A stretch of DNA of 35,912 nucleotides from the NCBI GenBank assembly GCA_012510325.1, contig JAAZIG010000012.1, positions 1 to 35,912 of the forward strand. The letters are read 5' to 3'. Shown one piece after another: positions 7,274-16,558 of the stretch (the stretch's first letter is position 1; the number at the start of each line of letters is the position of its first letter). Source of the stretch: Bacillota bacterium (GTDB taxonomy: Bacteria; Bacillota; Dethiobacteria; DTU022). The notes beneath the pieces are model-generated. The model worked only from the letters and a program-made list of their open reading frames with translations. It had not been told where the DNA came from and made no database searches. A program made the position numbers and the translations under genes.

Positions 7274-8561
7274 CAGGCTGCACCCCCTCTTCATTTTGCA
7301 GCAGATAGACTGTATCCAGGCGGATCTTCTCTGCCGCCGCCACGATCTCGTCTCTGCCGGTCTCTTCGAGGGCCCGGATCATCTCGGCGGGGCTGTATTT
7401 TCTACCGCCGATCTCCCCGTCCAGGTGGCGATTGATCTGCTGGTAGGGGCTGTCCTCCTGGAGCCGCAGCTGATTGATCAGGCCGACGCGGCTGTTTTCC
7501 AGCTCGGCATCGCTGATGCGGCCCCGGGCCATCTCTTCAACCTGCCTTTCGATAATCTCCCGGGCCTGTTCATAGTCGGCCCCGTCGATCCCGGCGGCGA
7601 CAATCATGATCCCTTTATGCTTCGCCAGCCGGGAGTAAGCGTAGTAGGCCAGGCTGGCCTTCTCGCGAACATTGAGAAACAGTTTGGAATGCGGAAAGCC
7701 CCCCAGGATGCCGCTGTAAAGAACCAGAGCAAAATAAAGCGGGTCGTCGTAAGCGATATTGGTCCGGTAGCCCAGGACCAGCTTGGCCTGGCTGAGCGGC
7801 ATCCTTTCCTGAACAAACCTGGTCTCGGCAGGCTCTACATAAACCGCCGTCTCCGGCAGGCTCTTCTCCTGCGCTCCGCGGCTGAAATGGAGCATCTCCC
7901 GGGCGATCTGCTCCACCCTTTCCGCCTCCAGGTCGCCGACTATGTACAGCTCGACGGGATTGCCAAAGAGAATCTCCCGGTAGTAACGCCAGAGTGAGGC
8001 CGGGCTGATCCCGGCAAGGTCTTCCAGCCTTCCGTATTTAAAAACCCCGAATCTTTCATCGGCGCACATGCTCTGCACACATTTTTCAACAGCATAGAGC
8101 GATTTGTTGTTGATCAACCCCTTGATAATCCTGGCAAGCTGCTCTTTTTCCTGCTCCACATAGTCCTCCTTGAAGCCTCCGTTCACCACCAGGGGATCGC
8201 CGATCACCCCGCCAACGATGGCCAGCCCCCGGCGCAGCATCTCCTCATCTGCACCGACATATTTCCCGTGCATCATCTCCAAAGAGCAGGAGATCAGGTG
8301 ACGCTCCCCCTTTTTCTGAACATCGGCGGACATGGCGGCGCCGTAAAGATTTTCCAGTTCGCGCTGCAGGGTGAGGTTGTCGGGATAGCGGCGGCTGCCC
8401 CGTTCCAAAACTGAAGGCAAAAGCGCCGTCAAGCCGGCCGTTTCGGCGGCCAGCTCCTGGTGGATGAAAAGTGCTATGCTGATGGTCTTGAATTTTACCG
8501 CCGGAATAAAGGTTAGCCGGATGCCGTTCGGCAACCGGGTGACGGTACTTTGTTGAGCCAA
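7263..8561 (-). CDS. M16-family peptidase-like protein, non-catalytic partner (no HxxEH)
   Basis: The 432-aa product has the pitrilysin-like fold pattern, but LPSVLERG replaces the HxxEH site. TTG start with a strong RBS (AAAGGAGGAG, 9-nt spacing). It overlaps the catalytic subunit gene, as in YmfF/YmfH-type pairs. Confidence 0.8.
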   Translation of the reverse strand: MAQQSTVTRLPNGIRLTFIPAVKFKTISIALFIHQELAAETAGLTALLPSVLERGSRRYPDNLTLQRELENLYGAAMSADVQKKGERHLISCSLEMMHGKYVGADEEMLRRGLAIVGGVIGDPLVVNGGFKEDYVEQEKEQLARIIKGLINNKSLYAVEKCVQSMCADERFGVFKYGRLEDLAGISPASLWRYYREILFGNPVELYIVGDLEAERVEQIAREMLHFSRGAQEKSLPETAVYVEPAETRFVQERMPLSQAKLVLGYRTNIAYDDPLYFALVLYSGILGGFPHSKLFLNVREKASLAYYAYSRLAKHKGIMIVAAGIDGADYEQAREIIERQVEEMARGRISDAELENSRVGLINQLRLQEDSPYQQINRHLDGEIGGRKYSPAEMIRALEETGRDEIVAAAEKIRLDTVYLLQNEEGVQPDAR

Positions 8562-8616
8562 GTTGAAAACCTCCTCCTTTGAAACTCTACTGGATAGCTA
8601 TTCCATCAAAGAACGG

Positions 8617-10974
8617 CTAATCCTGCCGCTCTCCGGCTTGAGCACATCCCCGGTGCAGATTCTTTTGCATCACGGCAAGCAGCGCCGGGGGAACCGCATA
8701 GAGGAGCAGAGTGGCTGCAGCGACCACCCCCGAATCATTCGTCAGCAGGGCGGCGGCGGCTCCGGCGAGGGCCGCCCCCACACCGACAACGAGATAGGGC
8801 TGCTCGCGGTGAAGCCGTTTCAGGAAGCCCCCGGGATAGAGTGACAGGATGATGCAGAGCCCCGCCAGAGTGAGGAAAGCCCGGCTCCAGATAGAGTAGC
8901 GCATCAACCTCAGGTTCATGGCCAGTTTGCGCAGAGCAGTCTCCTGGAGCACCGCCGGACCGCGCAGGCGCAGCATCTCCCCAAAAAGGCCCACATGCGA
9001 TGGCGCCGGGCCGGAGCGGGGTATGTTGAGCAGCCAGAGCAGCCCCGCAGCAACCAGCAGGAAAAAGAGCACGCTGAGCACAACCCGCCTCCGGAACCGG
9101 CCCTTTTGCTCCGCCGCCGCCTGAGACAATCCTGCCCAGGAAACCCCGAAAGCTACCGCTGCGGTGAGGCAACCGCCAAGGTTGGCCCCGAAATTCGGCG
9201 CGGCCAGAACGAAGATGATGAGGCCGTAAAGGAGCAGGATCGACGGAGACGCCAAAGAGAATATCCTGCTTTTTGCCGGCGTCGCCTTCTCTCCCGCCGG
9301 GGGGGCGAGGCCGGCGGCCAGAGAAACCGTTCCCAAAAGAGCCGCTCCGATGAGCACCCCCATATACTCGTTGCCCACGCCGTAATAGCGGGCACCGCCT
9401 ACGGGATCATAACTGAACAGAGAGAGCTGCTGCAATGGGGCACCGGCAAGGGTGTCAAGCAGCAGTAGCAGGACAATCCCCCAGCCCAGCATCGTCCAGT
9501 ACAGAAGCTGTCCCCTTTCTGCCAGAGGCTGGAACAACAGCGCCGCTGCCAGCGCCGTCCCGCAGAGAAGGAGGCCGCTGAGCGGCGCCGCCGCCAACGG
9601 AAAGGTAAACAGCGCCGGCAGCAGCAGCAGCACCGGCGGAACCAGCAGCAACATCCCGATGAGGTAACGGGCCGGCTTCAGCACCGGGCGGATATGAAGA
9701 CAGATCCCCGCCAGAGCAGCCAGGAGCACCAGCATGAGAAGGGCAATATAAGGTTTCAGAAGGAGAGCCCGCTGCTCGAAAACCAGTCCCGCCCGGCGGT
9801 TAAAGCCCTCCAAAAACATGCGGGGCTCTTCTTCCGGGATTATGCTGAAGTAAGCAGCACTGCGCCCGGGATCGCTTTTTTCGCCGCCCAGCAGGTCCAG
9901 GATCAGCGGAGCCAGATCGGTATTCTGAATTAGACCGGGGCGGCGGGTGGAGGTGCTGCCGAGGAGCCCTCCCGCAGCATTACCGCCGGTAACAAGGAGC
10001 GCAGGGGCGAGATGAGCTCCGCTGTCGGGCCGGTTCTGCGGCAGCGAGGGCACCGCCAGAAGCAGCACATCGTTCTCCCCCAGAGCGGAGCGCAGCTCTC
10101 CGAGCAGCCGGTCCAGATTGCGCAGCGTTTCTCCAAGAAGCGCCGCCCCCCTGACCGGGTTGAGCTGAGGCCAGTACTCGTCGAGGCGGCTGCTGTCCCC
10201 GAATTCAACAAGGTGCAGATCCGCCTCCATCATATTGGCGGCAACGGTTCCGGCCAGCTTGTTCACATCTGTGCACACTCCATAAGGAAACAGGGGGGCC
10301 TCCTGCAGCAGCTCCGCTCCCACGAGTCCGCGGCGAACCTCCCCGGCGGCATTCATCGCCACCAGCACGGCACAGCGGTTGGGCACAGCTCCGTCGGCAT
10401 TGCCCCAGACAGCCGCAGTCAGCCCCCTCTCCCGGAGCGCCTCTCCGAGCAGCCCCACCTTGACCGGATAGGGCAGGGTGCTGTTCTTCTCCTGGAGCGC
10501 CGCCGCCTGAAGATGGAACAGCGTTCCGGAGGGCTCATTTCCGGTACAGCGCTTAAAGACAACGGCGGCGTTCTCCCCGTCGATGAACTCGCCCTCGCCA
10601 AAGGCGCTCCTTCCCTCCGCTCCCGCTGCCGCTCTGGCGGCGGTGCCAATACTCAGATAGCCGCTTTCACTGCCCGCTCTTCCGCTGCGCACATTCATCA
10701 GCGCTACGGCACCCTCCTCCAGAACAGAGGACAGATTCGGTCCGGCACCGTGAAGCAGATCAGTATAAGTAAGGCGATCCGCCAGCAGCAGGATCACCCG
10801 CCCGGTAGCCCCGCCCCCTTCAGCGGCGGCGCTGAAAAGAGACTGCGGCGCCCTCGCCCGGCGGCACCACTGAACTGCTGTGACAAGCAAAAGAGAGAGC
10901 ACCACCGCGCCGGCTGCGACGGCCAACCCTACTTTTAGGGGAAAACCCTTTCCGGAACAGAAGCTCCGCTTCAC
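8617..10974 (-). CDS. Large polytopic membrane protein of unknown function: signal-anchor, ~380-aa extracytoplasmic domain (possibly alkaline-phosphatase/sulfatase-superfamily-like), then ~400 aa with many TM helices
   Basis: N-terminal TM segment (VGLAVAAGAVVLSLLLV), a soluble region ending in TRRPGLIQNTDLAPLILDLLG (reminiscent of the sulfatase-fold DIAPT motif), then a long hydrophobic C-terminal half. GTG start 4 nt after the GT4 stop. The function call is weak. Confidence 0.55.
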   Translation of the reverse strand: MKRSFCSGKGFPLKVGLAVAAGAVVLSLLLVTAVQWCRRARAPQSLFSAAAEGGGATGRVILLLADRLTYTDLLHGAGPNLSSVLEEGAVALMNVRSGRAGSESGYLSIGTAARAAAGAEGRSAFGEGEFIDGENAAVVFKRCTGNEPSGTLFHLQAAALQEKNSTLPYPVKVGLLGEALRERGLTAAVWGNADGAVPNRCAVLVAMNAAGEVRRGLVGAELLQEAPLFPYGVCTDVNKLAGTVAANMMEADLHLVEFGDSSRLDEYWPQLNPVRGAALLGETLRNLDRLLGELRSALGENDVLLLAVPSLPQNRPDSGAHLAPALLVTGGNAAGGLLGSTSTRRPGLIQNTDLAPLILDLLGGEKSDPGRSAAYFSIIPEEEPRMFLEGFNRRAGLVFEQRALLLKPYIALLMLVLLAALAGICLHIRPVLKPARYLIGMLLLVPPVLLLLPALFTFPLAAAPLSGLLLCGTALAAALLFQPLAERGQLLYWTMLGWGIVLLLLLDTLAGAPLQQLSLFSYDPVGGARYYGVGNEYMGVLIGAALLGTVSLAAGLAPPAGEKATPAKSRIFSLASPSILLLYGLIIFVLAAPNFGANLGGCLTAAVAFGVSWAGLSQAAAEQKGRFRRRVVLSVLFFLLVAAGLLWLLNIPRSGPAPSHVGLFGEMLRLRGPAVLQETALRKLAMNLRLMRYSIWSRAFLTLAGLCIILSLYPGGFLKRLHREQPYLVVGVGAALAGAAAALLTNDSGVVAAATLLLYAVPPALLAVMQKNLHRGCAQAGERQD

Positions 10975-10978
10975 CTTT

Positions 10979-12166
10979 TCACCGTCCGCCGGAGGGCAGC
11001 GATACTGTCTCTGCAGAACCCCGGGGGTGCTGCTCGCCGGCCAGGCGGCGGTACAGAAAAGCGGTCCGGGAAAGCATCAGCTCCCGGTTAAACCTCTTTC
11101 CAACCCGTTCAGAGCAGGCGCGGGCGAGCCGGCGCGCCCTTTCCGGATCGCGGGCCAGGGTCGCAACCGCCCGGGCCAAAGCGACTATATCGGCCGGGGG
11201 AACCAGAAGACCGTGCACCCCGTCGGTGATGATCTCGGGGATACCGCCGGATCGGGCAGCCACCACGGCACAGCCTGCAGCGGACGCCTCCAGAACGGTT
11301 TGCAGAGATTCCCCGGCCGCCGTGGGAAAGACAAAGAGATCTATCCCGGCAAACCGGGGCCTCAACCCGGTGCGGCCGCCAAAGGAGAAACGACCGCCCA
11401 GCCCCCGCTGCCGCACCAGCTTTTCCAGAGCCGCGCGGCCGGGCCCTTCGCCAAAGAGCAGAAAGCGCATCTGCGGAAAAAGAGGCGCCAGGACTGCAGC
11501 GGCTTCCACAAAACAGGAGAGCTCTCTCCGGCGATCAAAGTAACCTGCCGCACCGACGGTGAGCCGATCTCTCCACCACTGCCTTGAAAAACGCTCCGCC
11601 GCCGCGCTTTCAAAAAGGGCCGGCTCGATCCCGTTGTGGATCACGCTGATCTGTTCCTCCGGAATCCCCCGGCCGGCCAGTTCAGCGGCCAGCGCGCAAG
11701 AGACGGCGATATAGTGGGCCTCCATCGCTCCCGGCAGTCTGCCGACAGCGGCAAGGTTTTGCCAAAGCCGGTGAGCAGGGCGGCCATGCACCGTAACCAG
11801 AGCGGGAACCCGGGCCAGACGCGCCGCCGGAAGACCAAACAGCGCCGCCCTGAATCCGTGGATATGCAACAGCAGCGGATTGATCGTCCGCAGCGCCCGG
11901 CAAAGACGCTGAAAACTGTGCAGCACACCGCCCGGGAAATCTCCCCCGGCCAGCGCCAGCTCGAAGAAAGAACCTTCCGGAAGGGCGGCCATTTCCGGGT
12001 AACTGTTTTCCGGCGGCGCTCCCAGATAGATGATGTGATCCCGACTGAAGCGGCGCAGCAGCTGCTGTAGATGGCTGCGCATGCCGCCGGCGGCAGGGCC
12101 GCTCAAGTAGAACAGCTTCTTTTCACCGGTTCCCCGGCCAGATTTCCCCGGATCCACCCGCACCAC
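10979..12166 (-). CDS. Family 4 (GT-B) glycosyltransferase
   Basis: C-terminal GT4 signature EGFGLV-equivalent region: FPTAAGESLQTVLEASAAGCAVVAARSGGIPEIITDGVHGLLVPP. The exact start is uncertain (GTG at 12166, 12163 or 12157). Confidence 0.85.
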   Translation of the reverse strand: MVRVDPGKSGRGTGEKKLFYLSGPAAGGMRSHLQQLLRRFSRDHIIYLGAPPENSYPEMAALPEGSFFELALAGGDFPGGVLHSFQRLCRALRTINPLLLHIHGFRAALFGLPAARLARVPALVTVHGRPAHRLWQNLAAVGRLPGAMEAHYIAVSCALAAELAGRGIPEEQISVIHNGIEPALFESAAAERFSRQWWRDRLTVGAAGYFDRRRELSCFVEAAAVLAPLFPQMRFLLFGEGPGRAALEKLVRQRGLGGRFSFGGRTGLRPRFAGIDLFVFPTAAGESLQTVLEASAAGCAVVAARSGGIPEIITDGVHGLLVPPADIVALARAVATLARDPERARRLARACSERVGKRFNRELMLSRTAFLYRRLAGEQHPRGSAETVSLPSGGR

Positions 12167-12261
12167 CCGCCCCTCGCACTGTCTACCGTCATATGTTTAT
12201 ATGGTGCCCATTTACCGCAGATCGATGTGGCCGGGGAGCCTTTTTCCCGCCGCCCGCCGGT

Positions 12262-12290
12262 TTGACTTCACCGGGCTGAAGTGTTATCAT
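12262..12290 (+). promoter_or_regulatory. Sigma-A-type promoter for tRNA-Arg
   Basis: TTGACT, a 17-nt spacer, then TATCAT, ending 20 nt upstream of the tRNA 5' end. Confidence 0.6.
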
Positions 12291-12310
12291 TTTTGATGCA
12301 GCCACTGCAG

Positions 12311-12385
12311 GCGCCCGTGGTGAAAGGGATATCACGCAGGCCTCCGGAGCCTGAAGTCGGGGTTCGAATCCCTGCGGGCGCACCA
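12311..12385 (+). tRNA. tRNA-Arg (anticodon CCG), CCA encoded
   Basis: Manual cloverleaf. Acceptor stem GCGCCCG/CGGGCGC has 7 perfect bp. D stem GUGA/UCAC. Anticodon stem CAGGC/GCCUG with loop CUCCGGA (U33, CCG, G37). T arm CGGGG-UUCGAAU-CCCUG. Discriminator A followed by CCA. Length 75 nt. Confidence 0.9.
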
Positions 12386-12386
12386 G

Positions 12387-12417
12387 GCAACCCTCCTTCT
12401 TGAAGGGTTGCTTTTTT
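12387..12417 (+). terminator. Intrinsic terminator after tRNA-Arg
   Basis: GCAACCCT with a 9-nt loop and AGGGTTGC, followed by TTTTTT. Confidence 0.75.
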
Positions 12418-12434
12418 GTTGGCTGTCCGCGCAC

Positions 12435-12463
12435 TTGCCATTTCCCAAAAAAAAGAATATGAT
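12435..12463 (+). promoter_or_regulatory. Sigma-A-type promoter candidate for mgtE
   Basis: TTGCCA, a 17-nt spacer, then TATGAT. This leaves a leader of about 130 nt before ATG 12597. Confidence 0.5.
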
Positions 12464-12596
12464 CAGACCATCGTGACGATGGGGAAGGAGGTGGGGTTGT
12501 GGAGACGGAAGATATCCCTATTCCTAGTTGCAATCGATCCGGATTACTTATTAAAGCAGCGTTACCGCCGCTAAACCCTGCCAAGGAGGTCCTTCC

Positions 12597-13952
12597 ATGC
12601 CCATTGTTGACATCTCTTTTCTGGATCAGATCCGCAGCCTATTAACAGAGCAAGCCCCTCCCGAAACCATTCGGGAGCTGACCGGGGAACTGCAACCTTA
12701 TGATCTTTCAATTCTGCTGAGCAACCTCACCACCGGCGAACAGCTCCTTCTCTTAGCCGCGCTTCCCCCGGAGACAACGGCGGAGACGCTGGAACATTTC
12801 GAGCCGGTGGAGCAATATCGTTTTCTGGATCATCTGAAGCGCGACATTACCGCCGGCATCCTCAACGTGATGTCCAGCGACGTGATCGTGGAGCTCTTTA
12901 CGGCACTTCACCCCCTGCAAACCGAGCAGCTGGTTGCGCTGCTCCAGGAGCCTTTTCGCACTCAGATTCGCGAACAGATGTCCTACCCGGAAGACAGTGC
13001 CGGCAGCCTGGCCACGGTGGGCTATATCGCCGCCCGCAGCTGGTGGAGCGCGGAGCAGGCCCTTTCACACCTGCGCAAGATCGGCTCGACGGCGGAGTTC
13101 TACAATTATATCTATATCCTGGGCCACCTGGGGGAGCTCGACGGAGTGCTCTCCCTGCGTCAGCTGATCCTGGCCGATCCGGCCACCCGTCTGGAAAAGA
13201 TCATGATCCGCAAACTGATCACCGTTCCTGCAGAACTGGATCAGGAGCAGGCTGCTCAGCTGGTCGCCCGTTACGACCTGACCGCCCTGCCCGTGATCAG
13301 CAGAGCCGGCAAGATGGTGGGCGTTCTCACCGTCGATGATATCATCGACGTAATCGAAGAAGAGGCCACCGAGGATATCCATCTGCTCGGTGGAAGCGGG
13401 CCGGTGGAGACCCCCTATTTGAAAACAGGAATGGGCACCTTTTTCCGCAAGCGAATTGTCTGGCTGCTGGTGCTCTTTGTCGCCGAAGCGTTTACCGGGA
13501 ATATCCTGCGCCACTACGAAAGTCTGCTCACCCAGGTCGTGGCCCTCTCTTTTTTCATCCCCCTTTTAGTCGACACCGCCGGGAACGCCGGCACCCAGAC
13601 CTCGACTCTGGTCATCCGGGCCATGTCCGTCGGGGAGATCCGCGGCAGCGACTTTGTCAAGGTGGTTTGGCGGGAAATGCGCCTGGGACTGGTTCTGGCT
13701 CTGCCGATGGCCGGCATCACCTTCCTGCGGGCGATGATGCTGGACAGCTCGGTAAATCTGGGCCTTACCGTGGCTGCGACGATCCTGGTCATTATCACGG
13801 TCAGCTCCACGCTCGGGGCAATTATGCCCATCGTCGGAAAAAAATTGGGGCTGGATCCCGCCGTCTTCTCTTCCCCCCTGATTACCACCATCGCCGACGC
13901 CGTCGGGCTCCTGATCTATTTCCAGTTCGCCCGCCTGCTGATGGGGCTTTAA
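12597..13952 (+). CDS. mgtE: Magnesium transporter MgtE
   Basis: MgtE N-domain, a CBS pair (LTALPVISRAGKMVGVLTVDDIID) and a TM domain with the conserved PLLVDTAGNAGTQTSTLVIRAM. RBS AAGGAGG. Confidence 0.95.
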   Translation: MPIVDISFLDQIRSLLTEQAPPETIRELTGELQPYDLSILLSNLTTGEQLLLLAALPPETTAETLEHFEPVEQYRFLDHLKRDITAGILNVMSSDVIVELFTALHPLQTEQLVALLQEPFRTQIREQMSYPEDSAGSLATVGYIAARSWWSAEQALSHLRKIGSTAEFYNYIYILGHLGELDGVLSLRQLILADPATRLEKIMIRKLITVPAELDQEQAAQLVARYDLTALPVISRAGKMVGVLTVDDIIDVIEEEATEDIHLLGGSGPVETPYLKTGMGTFFRKRIVWLLVLFVAEAFTGNILRHYESLLTQVVALSFFIPLLVDTAGNAGTQTSTLVIRAMSVGEIRGSDFVKVVWREMRLGLVLALPMAGITFLRAMMLDSSVNLGLTVAATILVIITVSSTLGAIMPIVGKKLGLDPAVFSSPLITTIADAVGLLIYFQFARLLMGL

Positions 13953-14016
13953 CGCTTCGGCAGGGCGGAGAAACGGATCGCCCCCCGGACCGCTTTCCCC
14001 GCTGCTCGGTGAGCGG

Positions 14017-14397
14017 TTAAAAGATATTTCTCAGCGAAGGCAGCTCGGTTTCCTTGATCCTCTTGGCCGTGCGCATCGCCACGGCTATCTCGATCAAAAG
14101 TTCCTCCCGGTTGCGCATCTCGACCAGCTTCCCCACCCGGGTCAGCGATTCATCAAGGCGATCCACCTGGCGGTGATCCATGATCGGGGTCCAGGAGGCA
14201 TCGGTGCGGCTCCAGATCTCCTTCAGCTGCTCCGATTCCCGGTGCGCCTGCCCCCAATCTTCATCTTCTGCAGCCAGGTGAATCCGCTGCAACTGCTCCT
14301 GAAGATGATCGTGCTGCGCATCGGTGTAAAGAAACAAGGCCACCGATCCGGTCAGAACGACCAGGAGAAGAATAACGGCAAGCCATATTCTTTTCAC
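14017..14397 (-). CDS. DUF4363-family small membrane-anchored protein
   Basis: 126 aa with an N-terminal TM helix and a helical W/H-rich body (WGQAHRESEQLKEIW...). It overlaps the upstream DUF421 gene by 4 nt, which is the usual pairing. Confidence 0.7.
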   Translation of the reverse strand: MKRIWLAVILLLVVLTGSVALFLYTDAQHDHLQEQLQRIHLAAEDEDWGQAHRESEQLKEIWSRTDASWTPIMDHRQVDRLDESLTRVGKLVEMRNREELLIEIAVAMRTAKRIKETELPSLRNIF

Positions 14398-15110
14398 GGA
14401 GTTCCCGGTTCCTCCTTTCTCTGCACAAAAAGCTGCCCCTCCGTATCGAGGCTGGCAAAAAGAACATCTTTGGGGTCGTCAACTCCCAGCTTCTTGACCT
14501 CATTTTGCAGCCAGAGCAGATCCAGATTGGTTTTGCCCAGATTCTCATGATTGATATTGCCGTCGACGATCAGCGGGTGAGGCACGCCCTCGTATTGCGT
14601 CTCGATCTGCAGATCGCGGGGCTGCAGCGGGCGGCATTGCGACTTGGGAATGATGCTGAGGTCGCCGTTTGTCTCAAAGATGGCGAACTCGACTTCGGTG
14701 ATATTGGGATAGCCGCAGATGCGCAGCTGCTCCAGCAGATCGTTTATATTCAGGTGCATCGAGCGCAGCTCCGACTCGATGATCTCGCCGTTCTGGATGA
14801 TGATGCTCGGCCGGCCGCAGACCACTGAGCGCACCTTTTCGCTTCTCTGGGCGGCATAGGAGGTGAACACCTGGAAGACAACGAGCAGGGTGATCGGAAT
14901 GATGCTGTAGAAGAGGGGAATGGCGATATCCTCCATGGGGACCGCCGCCAGCGCGGAGACCATGATCAGCACCGCCAGCTCGTACGGCTGCAGCTGGCCG
15001 ATCTGCCGTTTCCCCATGATCCGCATGGAGACGATCACCAGAGCAAACAGGATCAGTGTCCGAAACATCACCACGAACATCTTTCTTCCTCCTTCAGCTA
15101 ACAGCAGCAC
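14394..15110 (-). CDS. DUF421 (YetF/YdfS/YrbG-like) membrane protein
   Basis: N-terminus RTLILFALVIVSMRIMGKRQIGQLQPYELAVLIMV is typical of the YetF family. The C-terminal soluble domain has the expected length. Confidence 0.8.
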   Translation of the reverse strand: MLLLAEGGRKMFVVMFRTLILFALVIVSMRIMGKRQIGQLQPYELAVLIMVSALAAVPMEDIAIPLFYSIIPITLLVVFQVFTSYAAQRSEKVRSVVCGRPSIIIQNGEIIESELRSMHLNINDLLEQLRICGYPNITEVEFAIFETNGDLSIIPKSQCRPLQPRDLQIETQYEGVPHPLIVDGNINHENLGKTNLDLLWLQNEVKKLGVDDPKDVLFASLDTEGQLFVQRKEEPGTP

Positions 15111-15266
15111 GGTTACTGTACTCTATAGCCTAGGGCAAAATAAGATGTTCATACATCCAATAGGGAGCCGGAGAGCACCGCCGCCTCATTCTTTCGTATC
15201 AGGGGCGGGGAAAATCATGTGCCCGGGAGACGCTTCTACCATATGACGGGAAAAGGAGAAATGGAA

Positions 15267-15298
15267 TCCCCTCCTCTGTATACCCCGACAGAGGGGAG
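15267..15298 (-). terminator. Terminator-like hairpin after the PIG-L deacetylase gene
   Basis: On the minus strand: CCCCTCTGT-cggggtat-ACAGAGGAGGGG (bulged stem) followed by a T-rich stretch, TTCCATTTCT. Confidence 0.4.
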
Positions 15299-15337
15299 AA
15301 GAATATTAGGGCAACCGGGCAGGGGGAAAAGCAGCGG

Positions 15338-16102
15338 CTAGCACCGCCAGGCGTCTTCGAAAAAATGCAGCTGGAACGGCGTCAGAACCTTGAACGCTTC
15401 GGCCAACTCAAAACCCCTGCCGGCAGCATGCTCGCGCGCCTTCAAGGTGAGGTAATCGCTGATCGTCTTCAGTTTTTCCGGAGGAAACTGGCTCCGGTGT
15501 TTGGACAAAGCCTCCAGCTTCCGGGGCCAGGTCGCCGTTACATCGATGAAGGTGTTCGGCCGGGAGGTGCCGTAGAAGGCGATTGCCTCCGGCCCATGCG
15601 GGGCCAGGCCTGCCGCCTGATCACGGGGACAGACATGGGGATATCCACCCAGCAAAACAGCTTCCGCCGCCGCCAGGCCGGTGATACGGTGATCGGTATG
15701 AGCCTCATAGGGCAGCCACGGATCCATCACCATCACCACAGCGGGGCGCACCCGCCGCACCGTTTCAAATATTTTTTCGCGCACTGCGCGCAGCTCCGGG
15801 CAGCCGCTGTCCGGAAAATCAAGCCAGATCATCTCGGTCACCCCGAGCAGGGCGGCAGCTTCTTCGCTTTCCCGGCGGCGGATGGCGGCCAGCTCTGACG
15901 GGCGCACCGCCGGATCTCGCGTGCCGGCGCCGCCGTCGGTCACGGTAAGATAGATGACCGCCGCCCCCTCCCGGGTCAGCCTGGCCACCGTCGCCCCGGC
16001 GCCGAGCTCGCCATCGTCAGGATGCGCCTGCACACAGAGAATCCGGCGTGCTTTCATCAGATCGGGAACAGGGAACAAATCTTTTGCTCTGGTTCGGGTC
16101 AT
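15338..16102 (-). CDS. PIG-L/LmbE-family N-acetylglucosaminyl deacetylase
   Basis: AHPDDGELGAG motif, a later HTDH motif and about 250 aa. ATG 16102 is preferred (RBS AAGGAGGG, 8-nt spacing) over the track start GTG 16111. Confidence 0.8.
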   Translation of the reverse strand: MTRTRAKDLFPVPDLMKARRILCVQAHPDDGELGAGATVARLTREGAAVIYLTVTDGGAGTRDPAVRPSELAAIRRRESEEAAALLGVTEMIWLDFPDSGCPELRAVREKIFETVRRVRPAVVMVMDPWLPYEAHTDHRITGLAAAEAVLLGGYPHVCPRDQAAGLAPHGPEAIAFYGTSRPNTFIDVTATWPRKLEALSKHRSQFPPEKLKTISDYLTLKAREHAAGRGFELAEAFKVLTPFQLHFFEDAWRC

Positions 16103-16558
16103 CCGCGGCACCCTCCTTACGGCAATAGCGCCTCTTTATTCTGCGGAGATCTTGAAATGCTGCCCCCCGGAGCTACGGCTGATTCTTGTAGCGCTCCTCC
16201 GGAGCGGTCCGGGACCTTGTCAAGCGGTTCCCCGGCATCACCGGGTCAGCAACAACTGCTGTTGTCATCACCCCATGCTTGGGATACGGGAGCACTTCGT
16301 CCCCGATCACCAGATCGCTTTCAGCAGCACTTTCTTTTTCCGGGTCAACTCTGCAAAGCCGGCGCCCATCTCGCCGGCCCGGCGGATATTTTCCCGATCA
16401 TCGACAAGTCTAACCAAACTCACTTTCGCCAAATCCATTCACGGGCAAGCCCCCAAATATTGAGGGAATGTTTTGTTTCCGGTTAAATTTTAACAGCTTC
16501 CCCAAAGTTGTTCAACCCGCCGCCGTCCGCGCTGACAGTTTGTCCTGATAGCACCGCA

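Noticed and set aside
6575-7997. 286-aa and 247-aa + strand ORFs opposite the M16 peptidase genes
   Set aside because: The M16 genes on the minus strand carry the HxxEH motif and proper RBSs. The + ORFs are shadows.
10012-10938. 308-aa + strand ORF inside the 785-aa membrane protein gene (also 8995..9468 and 10880..11587)
   Set aside because: The minus-strand frame gives a coherent signal anchor, ectodomain and TM-rich protein with operon-consistent spacing. The + frames are Arg/Gln/Pro-rich shadows.
12464-12596. M-box (ykoK) magnesium riboswitch, or a leader peptide, upstream of mgtE
   Set aside because: I looked for the conserved M-box segments (GUUAGGUGAGG and others) and could not find them. 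The 31-codon ORF from ATG 12479 has no RBS. The leader has a CCATCG-tga-CGATGG hairpin and an SD-like GGAAGGAGGTGGGG, but I cannot assign a known class. An Rfam scan would settle it.
16103-16558. SRP RNA, or a ydaO-type c-di-AMP riboswitch, in the long spacer
   Set aside because: Superficial resemblances exist on the minus strand (AGGUCCCGGACC...CCGGAGGAGC and CCGGGGAACC). The conserved SRP domain IV (GUCAGGUCCGGAAGGAAGCAGC) and the ydaO core are not matched, so the spacer is kept only as an unexplained region.
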